Translations under genes and position numbers: made by a program
In this document: in pieces, positions 24,304 to 32,000 of the stretch
Layout: every line of letters starts with the position of its first letter
Position numbering within the stretch: the stretch's first letter is position 1
Assembly: GCF_900232105.1 (NCBI RefSeq)
Contig: NZ_LT934425.1
Location: forward strand, 390,001 to 422,000
Reading direction: 5' to 3'
Origin: Candidatus Kuenenia stuttgartensis
GTDB taxonomy: Bacteria > Planctomycetota > Brocadiia > Brocadiales > Brocadiaceae
DNA length: 32,000 nucleotides
The notes under the pieces: model-generated
The model's input: only the letters and a program-made list of their open reading frames with translations
The model's database searches: none
What the model was told of the DNA's origin: nothing

Positions 24304-24432
24304 GCGGCAAATCTAACAAGAATATGAGGCATTATCAAATACAAAACATTCCGGCTCACTATTAAACTGTCAAAATTTCCAAAGGAAACGCTATTGATTG
24401 TAATTGTATCCGAATCTGTCTTATGAAAATAT

Positions 24433-24459
24433 AAAAAAAGAGGGTTTAAAACCCTCTTT
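24433..24459 (-). terminator. Rho-independent terminator after the TPR lipoprotein gene
   Basis: Minus-strand hairpin gagggtt/aaccctc (24440-24456), followed on that strand by a run of 7 T (A-run 24433-24439 on plus). It lies about 55 nt past the stop at 24510. Confidence 0.7.
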
Positions 24460-24509
24460 CTCTAATAAGTTATATTTTGTTTCTCTTGTGCAAAATACCC
24501 TTATTAACA

Positions 24510-25781
24510 TTAATCCAAGCAATTATGTATCAATCTCTTATATTCCGAATATTCCATTTGCGCTTCTTCTTTCATCCCTTTTCGTTCGTATATAAGGGCT
24601 AAACCATAATGTGCTTTTGCAAAATTGGGGTCAATGCGAATCGTCTCTTCAAGCGCTCTGGCAGCCTCGTCCAATCTCCTGTCTTGTGAATATGCATTCC
24701 CCAGGTCAAAGTATATTTCAGGATTGTATGGATTTATTTCGATCGCCATCTGTAATGAAGTAATCGCTTCATCTAATGCCCTCTTATCTGAATAAGGGTT
24801 TTTTATATTATAATGTGCTGAAGCCGCTTTTTGAACTGAAGAAACGGCTTTAACAAGTGTTCGTTTATTTGCGTATGCCAAACCCAGCCTGTAATGAGCG
24901 TCGGCATTATCGGGGTCAAGTTTTACAACAGTTCGAAATTCTTCAATCGCATTATCAAATAATTTTTCATCAGAATATACAATTCCCAGGCTATAGTGCA
25001 CCTGTGGATTCTTAGCATCGATTTCTATCGACTTTTTGTAAGAAGCCACAGCCCCATCAACGTTTCCCTTTTCATAAAATGTCAAACCAAGATGATAATG
25101 TGCCAGTGCGTGCCTGGGATTTATCTCTGTAACTTTGCTAAACGCATTCAACGCGTTATCAGGAAGTCCGTTATTCAGATATATTTGCCCCAGAAAAAAA
25201 TGGGCATCGGTATAATTAGGATTTATCCCAACAGCATCTAACAGAGTTTGAATTGCTTCTTCAGTTTGATCGTTATTTACATAAACAACACCAAGATTGT
25301 ACATTGTTTCAACGGCTTTTGGATTTATTTTCAGGGCGTTTTTGTATTCAGAAACAGCCTCGGAATATTCCCCCTGCACACGGTACACATCCCCAAGTTT
25401 CTCATGCGCCAGGAAACTATCGGTATCTAATTGCAGTGAAGAACTAAGGGTGGCTTTCGCATTATCCCACATTTCTTTTTCCATATAAAGCAACCCTAAC
25501 TGAAGATATGCTTCTTTATATTTAGGATTTATTTCAACCGCTTTTACAAGTGCTGAAATCGCTTCGTCCAGCATTGTCCGGCTATTATATGCAATTGCAA
25601 GATTAAAATGCGCCTCTGCCAGCCCGGGATTAATGCGAATCGCTTTTTGGTAAGAACTAATTACTTCATCAGGCATATCCACCTTTGAACACCCGCATAT
25701 GCCAAGAGAAACTAATACTGCCATTATTATCGGTCTGTAAAATGGCCATACTAGATTCTTTATCATTACAGATTCTCCCAT
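24510..25781 (-). CDS. TPR-repeat lipoprotein
   Basis: Signal peptide with Cys lipobox region (VLVSLGICGCSK). About ten tandem TPR units follow (recurrent A..hyNLG.aY...g..deAi..y.kAieInP). Confidence 0.85.
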   Translation of the reverse strand: MGESVMIKNLVWPFYRPIIMAVLVSLGICGCSKVDMPDEVISSYQKAIRINPGLAEAHFNLAIAYNSRTMLDEAISALVKAVEINPKYKEAYLQLGLLYMEKEMWDNAKATLSSSLQLDTDSFLAHEKLGDVYRVQGEYSEAVSEYKNALKINPKAVETMYNLGVVYVNNDQTEEAIQTLLDAVGINPNYTDAHFFLGQIYLNNGLPDNALNAFSKVTEINPRHALAHYHLGLTFYEKGNVDGAVASYKKSIEIDAKNPQVHYSLGIVYSDEKLFDNAIEEFRTVVKLDPDNADAHYRLGLAYANKRTLVKAVSSVQKAASAHYNIKNPYSDKRALDEAITSLQMAIEINPYNPEIYFDLGNAYSQDRRLDEAARALEETIRIDPNFAKAHYGLALIYERKGMKEEAQMEYSEYKRLIHNCLD

Positions 25782-25968
25782 AAAAGTGCTGTCAGTAAAC
25801 TATTAAGCAAATACAATTACTTTGAGAATTGATTACACTTATATACCTACGCTAAAACCCGTTGCCCATTGAGAAAAAGAGTCAAACACTTATGCATTGG
25901 ATTATTTATCATCTTAATGATTTGTTTTCTTACAAAGAAACCATGCTCTTTGCCGTTAGGTTTAAGGG

Positions 25969-25997
25969 AATATATCAAATAGCCTATATATTGTCAA
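25969..25997 (-). promoter_or_regulatory. Near-consensus sigma-70-type promoter upstream of the TPR lipoprotein gene
   Basis: On the minus strand: TTGACA (25997-25992), exactly 17 nt spacer, TATATT (25974-25969). It lies about 190 nt upstream of start 25781 and just downstream of the MgtC stop. Confidence 0.45.
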
Positions 25998-26035
25998 ATG
26001 TTTATTTTATAGCTATTTAGACAATTTAGAGGCTG

Positions 26036-26737
26036 TTATTCCCAACCAAGTTTTCTTATTTCTTTAATAGATCGAACAAACTCCTCAGACACTTTTGAAA
26101 CCGAAATACTCTCCTTAAATCTCACACTAATATCATACAAAATTTCATCTTTTACCAGGTCTCTTTCGAATCCATAATGTTGCATTTCCATTGAATTTTT
26201 TCTCAATATTTCCAAAATCACTTCCAGGCACGATTGCGTGCCCGCGATACACAATTTTAATGTCTGATATTTATCCCGCCTTACGTTCTTTTCGAAAAAA
26301 GGCACAAAGAATAATGTGAAGAACACTATCACCGTTGTAATCAGCGCAGGGATAAAACAATTACTCCCTATCGCCAATCCAATGCCGGCGACCACCCATA
26401 AGGATGCCGCAGTAGTCAATCCCCTCACCGATGCCTTAAATCTCATAATTGTTCCTGCCCCTAAGAACCCAATACCAGTCACTACCTGAGCCGCTATCCT
26501 GGCAGGATCAATCCTAATGACCGAATCATCAGAATATATTTTATATTTTTCAAACATGTTTTCCGAAACCACCATCATTAACGTCACACCAACACATACC
26601 AGGATGTGTGTTCGTAATCCTGCCGGCCTACCCCTTGTTTCTCTTTCCCATCCGATAATTCCTCCTAAAATAACCGCCAGCAGGAGTTTTCCAATGGCAG
26701 TTTCAAATCCACTCAATATGCTTAAAATATGACACAT
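26036..26737 (-). CDS. mgtC: MgtC/SapB-family membrane protein
   Basis: N-terminus LLLAVILGGIIGWERETRGRPAGLRTHILVCVG is the hallmark MgtC block. Four to five TM helices and a soluble C-terminal domain. AAGGAGAG RBS. Confidence 0.85.
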   Translation of the reverse strand: MCHILSILSGFETAIGKLLLAVILGGIIGWERETRGRPAGLRTHILVCVGVTLMMVVSENMFEKYKIYSDDSVIRIDPARIAAQVVTGIGFLGAGTIMRFKASVRGLTTAASLWVVAGIGLAIGSNCFIPALITTVIVFFTLFFVPFFEKNVRRDKYQTLKLCIAGTQSCLEVILEILRKNSMEMQHYGFERDLVKDEILYDISVRFKESISVSKVSEEFVRSIKEIRKLGWE

Positions 26738-26884
26738 AATCTCTCCTTATCTCCCAAAACACACCGTTTGTTTTCTTCGCTTATTGAACAACCTGGAATA
26801 ACGCATGTTGTTATTTTTTACCGCGCATATAACTACAAAATATAATTACCCAATATCCTGTGGAAAATAAAGAATTCCTTCCAA

Positions 26885-26906
26885 AATTCCCCCTTAATAA
26901 AGGGGG
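26885..26906 (-). terminator. Possible Rho-independent terminator after the HD-GYP gene
   Basis: Hairpin ccccctt-aata-aaggggg (26889-26906), followed on the minus strand by aatttt. The T-run is short. Confidence 0.4.
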
Positions 26907-26944
26907 ATTGAGGGGGGTTGTTACCGCAAGATACCGGGTAATTA

Positions 26945-28633
26945 CTACAAACTATACTCATCCTTATACTCTTCTGCAATTTCAGCAAATATATGCTTAA
27001 TCTCTAAAAATGCATTCACGATAACCGGATCAAAGTGAGCGCCGGAACACGCTTCAATCTCTTTTACCGCTTCTTCATGCGTCCATGCCTGTTTGTAGGG
27101 ACGCCTGCATCGCAAGGCGTCGTATGCATCCGCAAGGGCGATAATCTTTGCGTGCAATGGAATCTCCTCTCCGGCTAATCCTTGCGGATATCCAGTGCCA
27201 TCAAATTTTTCATGATGCATATAAACTATGCCCGCCGCCATTTCCAGCATTGGTTTTCCCCTTAACAATTCATACCCCAAAAGTGTGTGATTTTTCATTA
27301 TTTCATACTTTTTTTTAGTTAATCTTTTTTTATCAAGCAATATTGTATCAGGAATCCCCATTTTTCCAATATCGTGCAGTGGAGAAAACAGTTCGATATC
27401 TTCACAATATTTTTTCGGCATATCAAGATGTTCTGCGATTCTCCGTGAATACATACCAACACGTATTACATGCTTTTCCGACTCGTCGTCCCTCATTTCA
27501 GCAATGTCAGCTATAGCACGGTAAACATCCATGCGGATATTCACCTCATCTTTTGTTCTGTCCGTTACATCGAGTGGAAACCAAATATAGTTGATAATGT
27601 TGCCTTTTATATCAAAAATGCCATTAATTATCAAATGTACCCAGACAAGAGAACCCTCTTTTGATCTGTTTGGCAGTTCTCCTTCCCAAAACGCAATTTC
27701 GGGATTCGCAAGGGAATCCCATAGTTCTTTAAAAAACACTTCATACCCTTTTTCTGAAATACCCAAATCACCATAGACTGAACGGTCAGGATTAATAATA
27801 TTGACATTTTCCCCTATCATTTCATCCTGCGAAAACCCGTATACCTTTTCAATAGCCGGATTAACAAATACCATCTTCCCCGCCGTATCAGTTATTATTA
27901 TGCCTTGCATTGACTTGCATAGCACTTCAAAATAAAGCCTGCGTTCATTATTTGCCTTCGATAGATGTTTATCAATCTGATCTAAATCGATATTTGCCAT
28001 TTCCAAATCACGTTCATATCTTCTAATAATAAAACCTGCAAATATATACGTTGCCAATCCCAATATAACCGATACCATAACGCCAATAATTACATGAGTA
28101 TAGACAAAGCTTTTCAATTTTGTTTTTAACTCCGGGAAGTGCTGATGAACAAAAAGACGAATATCCGTATTATCAACCATAGACATTGCAACAATAGTAA
28201 CGGCGTCTCCTTTATAGAAGACCCCTTCAAAGATATTATTATCGGCAAAATCCTGGTACCGGTATTTTTCAGGACTGTTTAATCTTGTAAAATAACCGTC
28301 ATTTACATTGAGATTGCTTTTCAGTTCAAGACCTGGCATTGCGATGACTCTTCCTTCGCCATCCACAGCACAAACAAACCCTTTATTCGGGATTATAACT
28401 TCATTGCAAATATTCTGTATCAAGTGGATCTGCCTTGGCCTGGGCAATTCAGATAACATATACCTGGCAAAAGATTTTATAATCGTATTTGCTATGGTTT
28501 TATTATCCTGCACTATTTGATGCTTTAATTCGCGTAAAACAGATTTATACGACACGCCTACAAATAACGCAGCACCTATGAGTGCTATTAACAAAACACT
28601 ACCCGACAAAATCCATTGCATCCTTAATTTCAT
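26945..28633 (-). CDS. Membrane sensor HD-GYP domain protein (probable c-di-GMP phosphodiesterase) with extracytoplasmic sensor, PAS and HD-GYP domains
   Basis: TM1 (WILSGSVLLIALIGAALFVGV), a roughly 170-aa extracytoplasmic segment, and TM2 (VIIGVMVSVILGLATYIFAGFII). PAS-like region (GIIITDTAGKMVFVNPAIEKVYGFSQDEMIG). HD-GYP motifs PLHDIGKMGIPD and HHEKFDGTGYPQGL. The track start is TTG 28708; ATG 28633 (MKLRMQWIL) preferred. Confidence 0.85.
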   Translation of the reverse strand: MKLRMQWILSGSVLLIALIGAALFVGVSYKSVLRELKHQIVQDNKTIANTIIKSFARYMLSELPRPRQIHLIQNICNEVIIPNKGFVCAVDGEGRVIAMPGLELKSNLNVNDGYFTRLNSPEKYRYQDFADNNIFEGVFYKGDAVTIVAMSMVDNTDIRLFVHQHFPELKTKLKSFVYTHVIIGVMVSVILGLATYIFAGFIIRRYERDLEMANIDLDQIDKHLSKANNERRLYFEVLCKSMQGIIITDTAGKMVFVNPAIEKVYGFSQDEMIGENVNIINPDRSVYGDLGISEKGYEVFFKELWDSLANPEIAFWEGELPNRSKEGSLVWVHLIINGIFDIKGNIINYIWFPLDVTDRTKDEVNIRMDVYRAIADIAEMRDDESEKHVIRVGMYSRRIAEHLDMPKKYCEDIELFSPLHDIGKMGIPDTILLDKKRLTKKKYEIMKNHTLLGYELLRGKPMLEMAAGIVYMHHEKFDGTGYPQGLAGEEIPLHAKIIALADAYDALRCRRPYKQAWTHEEAVKEIEACSGAHFDPVIVNAFLEIKHIFAEIAEEYKDEYSL

Positions 28634-28868
28634 AATTTGCGCCTTATTTTGCCTAAAAAACATTTTACGATGTACGAATTCTTCCCTCCCCCTTTTGGGA
28701 TAGGCCAAGGGGTGATCGTATTACAATTGTAGTTTCTTTTTTATTAATTATAGTATCTTCCAAAAAAAAGGGGTAACATTAATCAATGATAATGTCACCC
28801 CTCTTTATAATCCACCTGAAAGAAACTCAGAAACAATTTATTTTTCTGCTATTTCATAATCCGATTTA

Positions 28869-29369
28869 CTATTCATCTTCATCCTCATCTTCATCCTCGT
28901 CAACATCTTCGTCCTCTTCGTCCTCTTCGTCGTCTTCGTCCTCTTCCGCCATTTTCCCTTCTATTTTTTCCTTCACCTCAGCTCTTTTTGTTTCTATCTT
29001 CTCTTTAATATCCTTCTTTTTCGTTTCTATTTCTTCCTTCACTTCAGATCTCTTCATTTCAACATCTTCTTTTATTTTTGCCCTTTTTTCTTCTACAACC
29101 TCTATAGGTTCATCACGTCTCTTTCTTACCTCTGCTTTTTTTACTTCCTGTTCAATCTTTTTTTCTTTAGCCTTTACTTTATTTTCTGCCTTTTTCTTTT
29201 CAATTTTTGCTTTTTTCCTCGCGCGCTTCTCATCCGGAGATAACTTCTTATATTCATCCTTCTCCAATTCTTCGTAAGTCTTAGCATCCACTTTATTAAC
29301 TACCGGACTTTGCAACCATAAAAGTGAAAACATAAAAGTTGCAAATACAACAAAAAAAACGTTCCTCAT
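28869..29369 (-). CDS. Secreted, highly charged Lys/Glu-rich protein with 11-residue repeats and a polyacidic C-terminal tail
   Basis: AAGGAG lies 6 nt before ATG 29369. Signal peptide MRNVFFVVFATFMFSLLWLQSPVVNKVDA. Four hendecads: IKEDVEMKRSE, VKEEIETKKKD, IKEKIETKRAE, VKEKIEGKMAE. The last 25 residues are almost all D or E. The track ORF starts 12 codons earlier. Confidence 0.75.
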   Translation of the reverse strand: MRNVFFVVFATFMFSLLWLQSPVVNKVDAKTYEELEKDEYKKLSPDEKRARKKAKIEKKKAENKVKAKEKKIEQEVKKAEVRKRRDEPIEVVEEKRAKIKEDVEMKRSEVKEEIETKKKDIKEKIETKRAEVKEKIEGKMAEEDEDDEEDEEDEDVDEDEDEDEDE

Positions 29370-29478
29370 TATAACTCCTTCTAAATAGTACATTTTTGAA
29401 ACCAAAGGGATTCACATCCCTATTTTTTCAATATTTAAGCCGACATAGCCAGAACCAAACAAACACAAAAACAGTCCT

Positions 29479-29527
29479 TAATCTGCAATCTGCAATTTGC
29501 CGACTGCCGACTGTAGATTGCTGACTG
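29479..29527. repeat. Seven consecutive heptamers ending in (c/t)tg(c/t)
   Basis: aatctgc aatctgc aatttgc cgactgc cgactgt agattgc tgactgc, in the divergent intergenic region between the Lys/Glu-rich gene and ygiQ. Confidence 0.7.
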
Positions 29528-29812
29528 CGGAAGGCGTAATTAAACATTTTGCCAAAAAGCACGCACTGACGAATGGAAGTGTGCAAAGAAATTACTGATA
29601 CTGATAAGAGTCTGATATGCTTTCAAATGCTATAGAAATCAACAAATATTGTCAAGTGGTATCTCCAGATATAACTTGTGTAGATTAGGCTCATGGTTTG
29701 GGAACGCTCTGTATTTTTCTATAAAAAGGTATTATACTTTTACTTCCATATGCATTGTTATATCAACCGGAAAGAATTGCTCCTCGATGAGCGTGATTGT
29801 TTAACTTCTCTC

Positions 29813-31747
29813 ATGCCTGCCGTTATGAATAAACAAAACGAAATAACAAAATGGCTTCCTGTTACCAAAAAAGAAGTGGAAATGCGGGGATGGGGCCAAC
29901 TGGACGTCATTCTTATATCAGGCGACGCATACGTTGACCATCCGGCATTTGGAGCTGCGGTGATAGGCAGGATTATCGAAAAAGAAGGATACAGGGTTGC
30001 AATTATTCCTCAACCAAATTGGCGTGACGATCTGCATGATTTCAAAATACTTGGCGCACCGGTATATTTTTTCGGGGTAACCTCTGGTTGTATGGACTCT
30101 ATGGTGAACCATTACACTGCCAACAAAAGGCTCCGTTCCACGGATGCTTACAGCCCTGGCGGAAAAACAGGGTTGCGCCCTAACTATGCCGCCGTCACGT
30201 ATACAAAAATATTGAAATCTCTCTACCCCGATGTCCCCGTCATCATTGGCGGTATTGAAGCTTCCTTACGAAGGGTGACGCACTATGATTACTGGTCGGA
30301 CAAACTGATGCCTTCTCTTCTTGAAACAAGCGGAGCCGATTTACTGGTGTATGGAATGGGAGAAATGCCCGTGAGAGAAATCCTTAAACTTTTAAAAAAA
30401 GGGGTACCCCTCCACCAACTGACTATGGTGAAACAAACGGCTTATCTCCGGAATCAAGGCAACGGCATGCCAAAAAACAAGCATTGGAACGACATTTATA
30501 TACATTCCCACCAGAAATGTTTGGAAGATAAAAAGGCATTCGCCGCAAATTTTAAACAAATAGAACAGGAATCAAATAAGGTTTTTGCCGACCGCATTAT
30601 CCAAACTATTGGAGAAAAAACGCTGATTATCAATCCGCCATTTCAAACAATGACCGAAGAAGAAATTGACGCTTCTTTCGAACTGCCTTACACAAGACTC
30701 CCCCATCCGATATATAAAACGCTTGGCGCTATTCCCGCGTATGAAATGATTAAATTTTCGATCAACACGCATCGCGGATGTTTCGGCGGATGCAGTTTTT
30801 GCACCATCTCTGCGCATCAGGGAAAGTTCATTGCCAGCCGTTCACAGTCTTCTATTATGAGAGAAGTGGAACAGGTAACCAACATGCCGGATTTCAAAGG
30901 CTATATTTCAGACCTTGGCGGCCCATCCGCCAACATGTATAAAATGAAAGGCAGAATACAGGAAATATGTGATAAATGCATCCGCCCTTCATGCATTTAT
31001 CCCGCTGTTTGTGACAATCTCAATACAAACCATTCTCCGATAACCGAAATTTATCGCAAAGCCGATGCGCATCCAAAGGTGAAAAAGGCATTTGTAGGCA
31101 GCGGCATCCGGCACGATTTATTGACAAAAAGCTATAATAAAAAAGCCGACACATCCATTTACGACTATTTGGAACAGCTTTTAACCCGGCATGTTTCCGG
31201 GAGGTTAAAAGTTGCCCCTGAACATACTTCCCCGACAATCCTTAAATTGATGAGAAAACCGTCATTTGAACATTTTAAGGAATTTAAAAAGCTATTTGAC
31301 CGTATTGATAAACAACACGGACTCAATCAACAGCTTGTCCCCTACCTCATCTCCAGCCACCCGGGATGCACGGAAGACGACATGGCAACCCTTGCCGCAG
31401 AAACCAGGGAACTCGGATTCCATCTGGAACAGGTGCAGGATTTTACTCCCACACCCATGACCGTTGCAACCGTCATGTACTACTCCGGCTACCATCCCTA
31501 TACGCTTAAAGAATATTACGTACCCAGATCAATCCGTGAAAAAAAGGAACAGCATCGTTTCTTTTTCTGGTATAAGAAAGAAAATCAGGATTGGTTAAGG
31601 AAGAAACTTTTTGCGTTGAAAAAACCGGATTTGCTCAAAAGGCTTTTCCCCTTCGGGAAAACAAAATCACACCCGCAAACAAAACCCATCAGTGAAATAA
31701 TGTCCCACAGACCGCCTAAACAAAAGCAGCGAAGGGATGCGTTCTAA
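29813..31747 (+). CDS. ygiQ: YgiQ-family (UPF0313) radical SAM protein
   Basis: N-terminal WLPVTKKEVEMRGWGQLDVILISGDAYVDHPAFG block typical of YgiQ. Radical SAM motif HRGCFGGCSFCTI. Basic C-terminal tail. The track start at 29693 is probably too early; ATG 29813 or 29825 is the likely start. Confidence 0.88.
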   Translation: MPAVMNKQNEITKWLPVTKKEVEMRGWGQLDVILISGDAYVDHPAFGAAVIGRIIEKEGYRVAIIPQPNWRDDLHDFKILGAPVYFFGVTSGCMDSMVNHYTANKRLRSTDAYSPGGKTGLRPNYAAVTYTKILKSLYPDVPVIIGGIEASLRRVTHYDYWSDKLMPSLLETSGADLLVYGMGEMPVREILKLLKKGVPLHQLTMVKQTAYLRNQGNGMPKNKHWNDIYIHSHQKCLEDKKAFAANFKQIEQESNKVFADRIIQTIGEKTLIINPPFQTMTEEEIDASFELPYTRLPHPIYKTLGAIPAYEMIKFSINTHRGCFGGCSFCTISAHQGKFIASRSQSSIMREVEQVTNMPDFKGYISDLGGPSANMYKMKGRIQEICDKCIRPSCIYPAVCDNLNTNHSPITEIYRKADAHPKVKKAFVGSGIRHDLLTKSYNKKADTSIYDYLEQLLTRHVSGRLKVAPEHTSPTILKLMRKPSFEHFKEFKKLFDRIDKQHGLNQQLVPYLISSHPGCTEDDMATLAAETRELGFHLEQVQDFTPTPMTVATVMYYSGYHPYTLKEYYVPRSIREKKEQHRFFFWYKKENQDWLRKKLFALKKPDLLKRLFPFGKTKSHPQTKPISEIMSHRPPKQKQRRDAF

Positions 31748-32000
31748 TCTGGTGGGTGCACTCCGATTTACCCATCATTACATACAAATGATGGTTCTCA
31801 CGCGGGTTTTAGGCCTTGTAGCCTGCCCCCAGGTTTATGCAGTCAATTTCCGAAAAGAGGGATACGTGGGAAGGAACAACCTGGAAATCACTACGAATAA
31901 GACAGTTTTAATGCAATTATTCCTGCCACTATCAGCAGTACCGATACTATCCTCAAAATATTTGCCGGGTCTTTGAACATAATTATGCCAATAATAAATG

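Noticed and set aside
28786-29277. 163-aa plus-strand ORF with a long poly-Ser tract
   Set aside because: It is the antisense reading of the GA-rich Lys/Glu/Asp coding sequence. The minus-strand ORF has an SD and a signal peptide.
29406-29430. Small hairpin gggattcacatccc followed by tattttttc, resembling a terminator
   Set aside because: It lies between divergent gene starts with no upstream plus-strand gene to terminate, and its stem is only 4 bp.
31772-31800. Hairpin ccatcatt-acataca-aatgatgg after ygiQ as a terminator
   Set aside because: The stem is AT-rich and no T-run follows (ttctcacg). This is too weak to call.
31737-31976. 79-aa ORF overlapping the end of ygiQ, and the 68-aa (17188-17394), 81-aa (1341-1586) and 60-aa (1657-1839) ORFs in intergenic regions
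   Set aside because: These have no RBS, and their composition or position coincides with repeat elements or gene ends. They are most likely non-coding.

Overview
This is a gene-dense chromosomal window, AT-leaning by eye, probably from an anaerobe. That guess rests on a class-1B dihydroorotate dehydrogenase pair (pyrD/pyrK), a short-form ThiC-family enzyme and three further radical-SAM proteins. A planctomycete or anammox-like origin is possible but cannot be shown from this sequence.

Layout:
- 1-2310: an IS1380-family transposase gene, then a roughly 700-bp patchwork of small palindromic repeats and two MITEs with intact target-site duplications.
- 2371-5469 (+): bioA, bioD and an unusual gene for a coiled-coil repeat protein with a PD-(D/E)XK-like C-terminus. 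A second, inverted copy of one MITE follows it.
- 5986-10196 (+): a ThiC-family gene, a cobalamin-domain (class B) radical SAM gene and a family-2 O-methyltransferase gene. This trio resembles the bza genes for anaerobic synthesis of the benzimidazole lower ligand of cobamides.
- 10628-12442 (+): a secreted protein with proline-rich repeats, an RCC1 beta-propeller and an Ig-like domain.
- 12532-17032: plsC (-) diverging from a 1168-aa AddA/UvrD-type helicase-nuclease (+).
- 17438-19337 (-): a two-gene operon encoding a NapH-like polyferredoxin membrane protein fused to TPR repeats, and a small protein with three exactly periodic Cys modules and a lysine-rich tail.
- 19509-29369, all on the minus strand: tRNA-Glu(CUC), pyrK, pyrD, an M48 peptidase, an orphan hypothetical, tRNA-Gly(CCC), a TIGR01212-type radical SAM protein, a TPR lipoprotein, MgtC, an HD-GYP sensor, and a secreted Lys/Glu-rich protein with a polyacidic tail.
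- 29813-31747 (+): a YgiQ-type radical SAM protein.

No CRISPR array, rRNA or recognisable riboswitch was seen. The leads most worth following are the bza-like trio, the coiled-coil/nuclease-like gene in the biotin operon, the polyferredoxin-TPR plus Cys-module pair, and the directly visible MITE insertions. All functional calls come from motif recognition by eye; no searches were run.
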